64,000 nucleotides of DNA from the NCBI GenBank assembly GCA_947475245.1, contig CANJLW010000001.1:36025-100024 (forward strand). The letters run 5' to 3'. The notes below the pieces were generated by a model. It was given only the letters and a program-made list of their open reading frames with translations. It was not told the DNA's origin and ran no database searches. Shown here piece after piece: positions 1 to 7,381 of the stretch (positions are counted from its first letter, which is position 1; each line of letters opens with the position of its first letter). This stretch comes from Acetobacteraceae bacterium. Lineage in GTDB: Bacteria; Pseudomonadota; Alphaproteobacteria; Acetobacterales; Acetobacteraceae. Both the position numbers and the translations under genes were made by a program.

Positions 1-1514
1 GTCACGACCTCTATGATCTCCCCTTTTCGCAGCCCGCCGTTGCCGTGGTCAAACGGTTTGGCACCGCCCTTCAGCACGATATCGGCCAACCCGCCGGGCT
101 CCCCACCGAACAGACCCCATGGCCTGGACAGGATGCGCGCCCCATCGATCCGCACGCGGCAGTCGTGATCGGCGCGATAGACCCGTCGCAGCCCCATGCC
201 GCCGCGCTGCCGCCCGGCACCGCCCGACCCATCGACCAACTCGTAGCGCAGCAGTGTCAGCGGGTATTCCAGCTCCAATGCCTCCACCGGCAGGTTAGAG
301 GTGTTGGTCATGTGCACATGCACGCCGTCCAGCCCATCGCGCGTCGCGCGCGCGCCCGACCCACCGCCGATCGTTTCCAGATAGACCCAGATCGTGTTGT
401 CTTTCGGCTGATGCCCGACGAAAGTGATGGAGAAACACGCGCCGTTCGAAGCCGCGGTCACCCTGTCCGGCACTGCCGGGGCCAGCGCGCCGTGGATCAG
501 ATCGACCACGCGCTGACACGGACCCAGCCGACCGTTCACCGCGGCGGGATGAACGCAATTCACGATCGTTCCCGACGGCGCCGTCACCGTCAACGGCCGA
601 GCGAGGCCGGCGTTGGGCAGGATTGTCGGATCGACAACGGCCTTGACCGCGTAATAGACTGTCGACAGCAGCGCCGTCATCGTCATGTTCAGCCCGGCCC
701 GCACCTGCGCCGGCGCGTCGAAATGCAGCCGCATGGCATCGCCGACGACCTCGATCTCGCAGGTCATGTCCAGTTCGCCGTCGATCTCCGGGCAGTCGTA
801 ACGGTCAGAGAAACGATATACGCCGTCGGGTATCGCCGCGATGCCGGCGCGCATCTTGCGTTCGGCATAATCCTGCAACGCCGAACCCGCCGCCAGCACG
901 GTCGCGCGTCCGTATTTGCGACACAGCGCCTGCAAGCGTTGCACCCCCAGTCGATTGGCCGCCATCTGTGCACGAAAGTCGGAGATTCGTTCGCGCGGCA
1001 CCTGGCAGTTCAGCAAAATCAACGCCTGCACATCGTCCTGCAGCACGCCGGCGCGGTATAGCCGGATCGGCGGAATGCGCAGACCCTCCTGATAGATATG
1101 CGCGTGGCCGCGATCGGCGAAATCGGCGTGATGCGCCAGATTGACCGCCCAAAAACTCATGACTCCGTCGACGAAAACCGGTTCTGCAAGCACGATGTCG
1201 GGCAGATGCGTTCCGCCGCCTTCATACGCGTCGTTGCCGCAAAATACATCGCCCGGCCGCATGTCCGCCACTGGATGGCGCTTCATGATGTGCGGGATCA
1301 GATCCAGGAAACTGCCCAGATGCATCGGGATATGTTCGGCCTGACACAACGTATTGCCCGCCAGATCGAACAGCGCGGTGGAACAATCGCGCCGCTCCTT
1401 GATGTTGGTCGAATACGACGCGCGGATCAGCGCCTCGCCCATCTCCTCGACAATGGACGACAGCGCGCTGCCGATGATTTCGACCGTGATCGGATCGACC
1501 GCCATCTGTGTCAT
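1..1514 (-). CDS. Hydantoinase B / 5-oxoprolinase subunit B family protein (3' end runs off the left edge)
   Basis: Manual minus-strand translation from ATG 1514: MTQMAVDPITVEIIGSALSSIVEEMGEALIRASYSTNIKERRDCSTALFD, the typical HyuB N-terminus. At the window edge the same frame reads ...KPFDHGNGGLRKGEIIEVV. ATGA overlap with the upstream HyuA-like stop. Absent from the ORF track, presumably because its stop lies outside the window. Confidence 0.9.
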   Translation of the reverse strand, partial: MTQMAVDPITVEIIGSALSSIVEEMGEALIRASYSTNIKERRDCSTALFDLAGNTLCQAEHIPMHLGSFLDLIPHIMKRHPVADMRPGDVFCGNDAYEGGGTHLPDIVLAEPVFVDGVMSFWAVNLAHHADFADRGHAHIYQEGLRIPPIRLYRAGVLQDDVQALILLNCQVPRERISDFRAQMAANRLGVQRLQALCRKYGRATVLAAGSALQDYAERKMRAGIAAIPDGVYRFSDRYDCPEIDGELDMTCEIEVVGDAMRLHFDAPAQVRAGLNMTMTALLSTVYYAVKAVVDPTILPNAGLARPLTVTAPSGTIVNCVHPAAVNGRLGPCQRVVDLIHGALAPAVPDRVTAASNGACFSITFVGHQPKDNTIWVYLETIGGGSGARATRDGLDGVHVHMTNTSNLPVEALELEYPLTLLRYELVDGSGGAGRQRGGMGLRRVYRADHDCRVRIDGARILSRPWGLFGGEPGGLADIVLKGGAKPFDHGNGGLRKGEIIEVV

Positions 1515-3565
1515 GCCGCCTCCAGGATCAAATTCAAACAGGGTTCCACGCGCGCGATCATGTCGGGCAGCACGACCGTAGTGGAGTCCATCTGCTCGAC
1601 AATTGCTGGACCGGTCAGGCAATTCCCGGCGCGCAGCAAGGCCCGGTCGTAGACGGGGCAATCGACGAAGCCACCCGCTTCCGGCAGCCACACCGGACGA
1701 TGCCCGCTCCGCGCGGCGGAGGCATCGGGCCCGGCATCCGCATGCGTCGCAAAGCCGGCCTTGGGCGACAATCCCGTCGCTTCCACCCGAAACGTAACGA
1801 GTTGCACCGGCTCGTCCTCGGCCGCGAAGCCATAGCTGCGCAAATGTTCGGCGGCGAAATCCCGCGCCAGACCGGCCAATGTCTCTTCCCCGATCGGTCC
1901 GTTGGGCAACCCGATCGGCAATTCGTAGTTCTGCCCGGCGTAGCGCATGTCCACGGTGAGCTTCAGCACCCGCGCATCGTCCGCGATCCCCTCCTCGGCG
2001 AACCAGCGATCGGCGCGATCCGCCAACGCCGCGAAGACCGCTTGCGTTGTCCCCACCGCGTCCATCTCCGCCAGCGGAGTCAGCCGTGTCGCGGCGAAAT
2101 CGGCGCGCGGATCGGTCAGCAGCAGCCCCGTCGCGCAGAGAATGCCGGGATTCAGCGGCACCAGAACCCGCCCGATGTCCAACTCCCGCGCCAGACGCAC
2201 CGCGTGCAGCGGCCCCGCGCCGCCGAACGCCACCAGCGTATAGTCGCGCGGATCGTGGCCGCGCTGCACCGAAATCACCCGGATCGCCCGCGCCATGTTG
2301 GCGGTCACGACCGAAACGATCCCCTGCGCCGTCGCCATCGTCTCCATGCCCAATCGCGCCGCCAGCCGCTCGATCGCCGCCAGCGCCAGATCGCGCCGCA
2401 CCGCCATCCGCCCGCCCAGCAGATGCGTCGGATGTAACGTGCCCAGCACGACATTGGCATCCGTCACCGTCGCCTCGTCATTGCCGAGGCCGTAACAAAC
2501 CGGCCCGGGATCGGCCCCGGCGCTGCGCGGGCCGACCTTCAGCAGGCCGCCGTTGTCGATATACGCGATCGATCCGCCGCCCGCGCCCACCGTGTGGATA
2601 TCCAGCATCGGCGCCTTGATCGGATAGCCGTGCACCACGGCCTCGCTCGTCAGCCGGCACACCCCGCCCGCCATCAGCGCGACGTCGGTGGAGGTCCCGC
2701 CCATGTCGAACGTGATCAGATCGTCGAACCCCGTCACTCGCCCGATTTCCCGCGCGCCGACCACGCCGGTGGACGGCCCCGACAGCACCGTGCGCACCGG
2801 CAGGCGCGCGGCCTGATCGAAGCCGATCACCCCGCCGTTCGACTGCGTCAGATGCGGCGTCGCCGTCATCCCCAGCCCCAGCAAACGCGCCGCCAGACGT
2901 TCGATGTAGCCCTGCATCGTCGGACCGAGATAGGCGTTCACAACCGTCGTCGACATCCGCTCATACTCGCGGAACTCCGGCGCGACGCGGTGCGACACGC
3001 AGGAAAACGCCTCGGGAAATTCCTCCGCCAGGATGCGTTCGGCGGCTTCCTCGTGCGCCGACCGCACGAAGCTGTACAGGAAGCACACTGCCACCGCCTT
3101 GACCCCGGCGGCCCGCAGCGCGCGCACGGCCGATCGTAAACCGTCCTCGTCCAGCGCCGTTTCAACCGACCCATCCCGGCGCACCCGTTCGGCGACTTCC
3201 AGGCGCAGATCGCGGCTGACCAGGACGGGAGCTTTCTCGGCCTGCAGGTCATACAAATCGGGCCGCTTCTGCCGCCCGATCTCCAACAGATCGCGGAATC
3301 CGTCGGTGACGATCAGCCCCGTCTTCACCCCGCGATGCTGGATCAGCGCGTTCGTCGCCACCGTCGTGCCGTGCCCGAAATACCCGACCTCCGCCGCCGT
3401 CGCGCCCACCCGCGCCACGCCTTCTTCCACCCCGCGCGCGATCCCGATCGACGGGTCCCCCGGCGTGGACGGCACTTTCCAGACCTCCACCCGTCCCGTC
3501 GCGTCGTCGAACAGGCAGACATCGGTAAAGGTCCCACCGGAATCGACGCCAATCCGCCATGCCAT
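1511..3565 (-). CDS. Hydantoinase A / 5-oxoprolinase subunit A family protein
   Basis: ORF 1511..3637 trimmed to MAWRIGVDSGGTFTD. Motifs HGTTVATNAL, SNGG, LSGPSTG, DMGGTSTDV, VGAGGGSI, SAGADPGP and FGGAGPLH are typical of the family. Confidence 0.92.
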   Translation of the reverse strand: MAWRIGVDSGGTFTDVCLFDDATGRVEVWKVPSTPGDPSIGIARGVEEGVARVGATAAEVGYFGHGTTVATNALIQHRGVKTGLIVTDGFRDLLEIGRQKRPDLYDLQAEKAPVLVSRDLRLEVAERVRRDGSVETALDEDGLRSAVRALRAAGVKAVAVCFLYSFVRSAHEEAAERILAEEFPEAFSCVSHRVAPEFREYERMSTTVVNAYLGPTMQGYIERLAARLLGLGMTATPHLTQSNGGVIGFDQAARLPVRTVLSGPSTGVVGAREIGRVTGFDDLITFDMGGTSTDVALMAGGVCRLTSEAVVHGYPIKAPMLDIHTVGAGGGSIAYIDNGGLLKVGPRSAGADPGPVCYGLGNDEATVTDANVVLGTLHPTHLLGGRMAVRRDLALAAIERLAARLGMETMATAQGIVSVVTANMARAIRVISVQRGHDPRDYTLVAFGGAGPLHAVRLARELDIGRVLVPLNPGILCATGLLLTDPRADFAATRLTPLAEMDAVGTTQAVFAALADRADRWFAEEGIADDARVLKLTVDMRYAGQNYELPIGLPNGPIGEETLAGLARDFAAEHLRSYGFAAEDEPVQLVTFRVEATGLSPKAGFATHADAGPDASAARSGHRPVWLPEAGGFVDCPVYDRALLRAGNCLTGPAIVEQMDSTTVVLPDMIARVEPCLNLILEAA

Positions 3566-3657
3566 GCCGCAAACCCCACCAAGCCGTTCGCCGCAGCGTA
3601 GGCGAGCACGCCGCGAACCGCTACCATCGACGCGCACACCAACAGGCAGAGCACGCC

Positions 3658-4974
3658 ATGTCCCCTCCCGTCGATCAGGTCCGCTCCGACACCGAACTCC
3701 CCGACCGAGTCAGTGTCGTCGTCATCGGCGGCGGCATCATCGGCGTCACCACCGCGCTGTTCCTGGCGGAGAAAGGCATCTCCGTCGCCCTGATCGAAAA
3801 AGGCCGCATCGGTGGGGAGCAGTCGAGCCGCAACTGGGGCTGGTGCCGCACCATGGGGCGCGACATCGGCGAAATCCCGATGGCGCTGGAAAGCCTGCGC
3901 CTGTGGCGCGGCATGAACGAGCGCACCGGCCGCGAAACCGGCTTTCGCCAGCCCGGCATCCTCTATCTCTGCCGGACCGAGCAGGAAGTCGCCGCCCAGG
4001 AAGCCTGGCTGGATCAGGCGCGCCAATACCAGGTCGAATCCCGCCTGCTGCGCGGCGCCGCCCTGGAAGCCGCCATGCCCGGCGCAAGCGCCAACTTCAT
4101 CGCCGGCATGCACACCCCGTCGGACGGGCGCGCCGAACCCGCCCAGGCCGCGCCCGCCATCGCCGAAGCCGCCCGCGACCGCGGCGCGCTGATCTTCACC
4201 GGCTGCGCCGCCCGCGGCCTGGATATCCACAACGGCCGCGTCGTCGGCGTCATCACCGAACGGGGCCGCATCCGCTGCGAGTCCGTCGTCCTCGCGGGCG
4301 GCGCCTGGTCACGCCTGTTCGCCGGCAACGCCGGGCTCGATCTGCCGCAGCTTAAAGTCCTCGGCTCCGTCTTTCGCACCAAGCCGCTGTCCGGCGGGCC
4401 GGAGATCACCGCCGCCGGCTCCGTCTTCGCGCTCCGCAAGCGCCTCGACGGCGGCTATTCCATCGCGCGCCGCAATGCCAACACGACCGAAATCACCCCC
4501 GACCACTTCCGCCTGCTGTCGGACTTCCTGCCCACCATGATCGCCAACTGGCGCGAAATCCGCCTGCGCGTCGGCCAACGCAGTTGGGAGGAGTTGCGCA
4601 CCGCCCGCCATTGGTCGCTGGACGAAATCACGCCGTTCGAGGCCGTGCGCATCCTCGACCCCAAACCCAACGAAACCATCCTGCGGGAGGTCCGCGCCGA
4701 ACTGTCGCGCCTGTTCCCCGTCTTCGCGAAGATGGAAGTCGCGGAATCCTGGGGCGGGCTGATGGATGTAACGCCCGACGCCGTGCCGGTGATCGACGAG
4801 GTGCGGAAAATCCCCGGCTTCTTCGTCGCCACCGGCTTTTCCGGCCACGGCTTCGGCATCGGACCCGGCGCCGGGCGGCTGATGGCCGATCTGGTCGCGG
4901 GCGACCGCCCCGTCGTCGATCCCGCCCCGTTCCGCCTGGATCGCTTCCCGCGCACGCAAAAGCCGGTTCCCTGA
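3658..4974 (+). CDS. FAD-dependent oxidoreductase, DAO / sarcosine oxidase beta-like (AgaE-like amine oxidase)
   Basis: Start at MSPPVDQ. Rossmann motif VVVIGGGIIG, EQSSRNWGWCR, and C-terminal TPDAVPVI and GFSGHGFGIGPGAG. Confidence 0.88.
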   Translation: MSPPVDQVRSDTELPDRVSVVVIGGGIIGVTTALFLAEKGISVALIEKGRIGGEQSSRNWGWCRTMGRDIGEIPMALESLRLWRGMNERTGRETGFRQPGILYLCRTEQEVAAQEAWLDQARQYQVESRLLRGAALEAAMPGASANFIAGMHTPSDGRAEPAQAAPAIAEAARDRGALIFTGCAARGLDIHNGRVVGVITERGRIRCESVVLAGGAWSRLFAGNAGLDLPQLKVLGSVFRTKPLSGGPEITAAGSVFALRKRLDGGYSIARRNANTTEITPDHFRLLSDFLPTMIANWREIRLRVGQRSWEELRTARHWSLDEITPFEAVRILDPKPNETILREVRAELSRLFPVFAKMEVAESWGGLMDVTPDAVPVIDEVRKIPGFFVATGFSGHGFGIGPGAGRLMADLVAGDRPVVDPAPFRLDRFPRTQKPVP

Positions 4975-4988
4975 TAGGACCCGCGTCG

Positions 4989-5891
4989 ATGAGCACGTCC
5001 CTGCGCCAACGCGGGATGTTCGCCTTCATCTGCTTTGTCTGGGGCACGACCTGGCTGGGCATGAAGATCGGCATCGCCGCCGTGCCGCCCGGAGTCTTCG
5101 CCGGCCTGCGGTGGACCGTCTGCGGCGTCATCCTGCTGACCCTGCTGCGCCTGCGCGGGCACCGCGTGCTGCCGCCGCCCCGTCTGCTGCCCCGGCTGGT
5201 CTTCGTGTCGGTGTTCCTGATCACGCTGAACCAGGTGATCCAACTCTACGGCCTGAAATACATCACCGCCGGCCTCGCCGCCGTCATCAGTTCCGCCCTT
5301 ACCCCCGTCGCCCTGCTCGGCTTTGCCGTGCTGCTGGGGCAGGAACGCTTTACCTGGCGACAGGTCGGCGCAATCGCGCTGGGCATCGCCGGAGTCCTGA
5401 CCCTGTTCGGCCCCGCCGCCCTGGCCGGCACGCTGGACCTGTGGGAACTGGTCGGTGCCGGCGGAGTCACCATCGGATGCCTGTGCTATTCCTTCGGATC
5501 GGTGCTGACCCGACCGATGATGCGCACCATCGCCCCGGTGCAACTGGCCGGGCTGACGGGGCTGATCGGCGGGTCGATCCTGCTGAGCGCCTCTCTGCTG
5601 CTGGAACCCGGCGGGTGGGACGCACTGCGCCTGCACTGGGGCTGGTCGGCCTGGCTGGCCTGGCTGTATTTGCTGATCCCGGGATCGCTGATCTCCACCA
5701 CCATGTATTTCCTGCTGGTGCGCGACTGGGGCGCGAGCAAGCCCGGCACCTACGCGTTCATTTCTCCGGTGATCGCGGTCATCGTCGGCTGTTCCCTGTT
5801 CGGAGAAAAACTCCACTGGCCCGACGCGCTCGGCATGGCGCTGATGCTGTCCGGCGCGGGGCTGGCGCTGCGGCGCGGCCCGCAATCTTGA
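4989..5891 (+). CDS. EamA/DMT family transporter
   Basis: ORF 4584..5891 trimmed to MSTSLRQRGMFAFICFVWGTTW. About 10 hydrophobic segments in two repeats; WGTTW and YAFISPVIAV motifs. Confidence 0.88.
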   Translation: MSTSLRQRGMFAFICFVWGTTWLGMKIGIAAVPPGVFAGLRWTVCGVILLTLLRLRGHRVLPPPRLLPRLVFVSVFLITLNQVIQLYGLKYITAGLAAVISSALTPVALLGFAVLLGQERFTWRQVGAIALGIAGVLTLFGPAALAGTLDLWELVGAGGVTIGCLCYSFGSVLTRPMMRTIAPVQLAGLTGLIGGSILLSASLLLEPGGWDALRLHWGWSAWLAWLYLLIPGSLISTTMYFLLVRDWGASKPGTYAFISPVIAVIVGCSLFGEKLHWPDALGMALMLSGAGLALRRGPQS

Positions 5892-5904
5892 TGTGAAACA
5901 GTGT

Positions 5905-6080
5905 GGGTATCTTCGCGGCATTTCACTGGCCGAGAGAGCTGATTTTTACCACAAAGGACACCGAGGACCACAAAGGATGCACAAAGGTGTCTGAGGCGGC
6001 GTAACTCTTTGTGCCTCCTCTGTGGTCCTCGGTGTCCTCTGTGGTAAAAAATGCGATCGCGCGACCGCTCGGACGTCACC
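5905..6080. repeat. 176-bp intergenic repeat, copy 1, with long imperfect inverted repeat (arms 5942-5986 and 6007-6052)
   Basis: Ungapped match to 7086-7261 at offset 1181, 26 mismatches in 176 nt by manual count. Left arm atttttaccacaaaggacaccgaggaccacaaaggatgcacaaag matches the reverse complement of the right arm with 3 substitutions. Confidence 0.92.
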
Positions 6081-6184
6081 TGCCGGTCTCCGGCTGAACG
6101 GTAACGGGAATAAATGCGCATTTGACCCGTCCGACGGGGGCGCGTAGGGCACGCGTGCCGGCGAGCAAGGGATTGGGGGACGGA

Positions 6185-7030
6185 ATGGCGGTTGAACAGA
6201 ACGATCTGCTTCGATATGCGAATATGCAGAAATCGGTCTATAATCCAGTCGGTAAGGACAATCCGGAGGAGATCGTCGGGTGGTACGGCTACCACGAGAA
6301 TGTACCGTATGAAACGAACCTGCTGTATCGCTACGGGGATATCAGGCGCCCCATCTTTCCCGATTTTCAGAAGCTGAGGGCATTCGACATCGGATGCGGC
6401 GAAGGGCGGATGATCCGCCGCATGCAGCGGATTTTCGGCCAGGTGGACGGCGCCGATATCAGCGAGGCCATGGTGGAACACGCCCGCGCGCGCAGCCCGA
6501 ACAGTGAGATTTATGTCTCCTCGGGGCTGGATGCGGGTCAGGCACCGTCGGACACGTATGATTTTGCCTATTGCACGATTTCACTTCAGCATGTCTGCGT
6601 GCACGCCACGCGGGACGCGATTCTCGACGATATCGTCCGTATTCTGAAGCCGGACGGCAAGATGACGCTGCAAATGCTATTTTCGAAGTATTACCCTTTC
6701 CACCACCCGCGGCGGATCAGGCAACTTGGCCGATGGGGCCTGCAACTGTTCAATAAGGACAGTAACAACGGCACCTGGTTTCAAAACAAAACCGACGCGC
6801 AAGGCACCAACGGGCGCTGCGACGTGGTGATCGGCACCAACGAACTGACCGCCGTCCGCGCCGATCTGCTGAAGAAATTCGGCGTTGTCGAGTTCTGGTT
6901 CTACGATATCTCCATCGATCGCGCCGGCGCGCGTTCGTTGCCGGAGAACCATCTCAACAGTCATATCGACGATCAATACTGGGGAACGCATTTCGTCTTC
7001 ATCCACTGCGCGGAACCGCGCAAGGGCTGA
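6185..7030 (+). CDS. Class I SAM-dependent methyltransferase (Methyltransf_11/25-like)
   Basis: Motif I FDIGCGEGR, motif II VDGADISEAMV, later YDFAYCTISLQH and RILKPDGK. GC is visibly lower than the flanks. Confidence 0.85.
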   Translation: MAVEQNDLLRYANMQKSVYNPVGKDNPEEIVGWYGYHENVPYETNLLYRYGDIRRPIFPDFQKLRAFDIGCGEGRMIRRMQRIFGQVDGADISEAMVEHARARSPNSEIYVSSGLDAGQAPSDTYDFAYCTISLQHVCVHATRDAILDDIVRILKPDGKMTLQMLFSKYYPFHHPRRIRQLGRWGLQLFNKDSNNGTWFQNKTDAQGTNGRCDVVIGTNELTAVRADLLKKFGVVEFWFYDISIDRAGARSLPENHLNSHIDDQYWGTHFVFIHCAEPRKG

Positions 7031-7037
7031 GTCGCGG

Positions 7038-7057
7038 TCAGGGGGCGATCCCCCTGA
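7038..7057 (+). terminator. Perfect 8-bp GC hairpin just after the methyltransferase stop (possible weak terminator)
   Basis: TCAGGGGG-CGAT-CCCCCTGA; only a short TTG tail follows. Confidence 0.45.
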
Positions 7058-7085
7058 TTGCCGTCATGATCGGTCGAGACAGTTC

Positions 7086-7261
7086 GGGTATCCTGGCGGC
7101 GTTTCAGTGGTCGAGAGGCCGGATTTTTACCACGGAGGACACGGAGAACCACAAAGGATGCACAAAGGTGCCTGAGGAGGCGTCAATCTTTGTGCCTCCT
7201 TTGTGGTCCTTTGTGTCCTTTGTGGTAAAAAATGCGGTCTCGCAACCGGTTGGACGTGACC
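7086..7261. repeat. 176-bp intergenic repeat, copy 2, with long imperfect inverted repeat (about 7123-7233)
   Basis: Direct repeat of 5905-6080 with the same hairpin architecture. Confidence 0.92.
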
Positions 7262-7381
7262 CGTGCCCCCCGTCAACGCGCCGAACGAACACCCGCACGG
7301 CATTCCCTTCCCCCCGATGCCGCCGTATGCTGCGCTTGCTGCCCAACCGACGGGGAAGGGGCAAGGGAGAACCGATCGCTC

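Noticed and set aside
45-1061. 338-aa plus-strand ORF
   Set aside because: Antisense shadow of the hydantoinase B gene, which is clearly recognisable on the minus strand; the translation has no family motifs.
5750-6481. Minus-strand ORFs across the hairpin repeat (e.g. FYHRGHRGPQRRHK, TTKDTKDHK)
   Set aside because: Translations of the A/G-periodic hairpin arms; they overlap real genes antisense and have no RBS or domain signal.
5905-7261. Repeats as integron attC sites or IS terminal inverted repeats
   Set aside because: No RYYYAAC/GTTRRRY ends, the copies are direct rather than inverted, and there is no integrase or transposase in the window. Kept only as an unexplained element.
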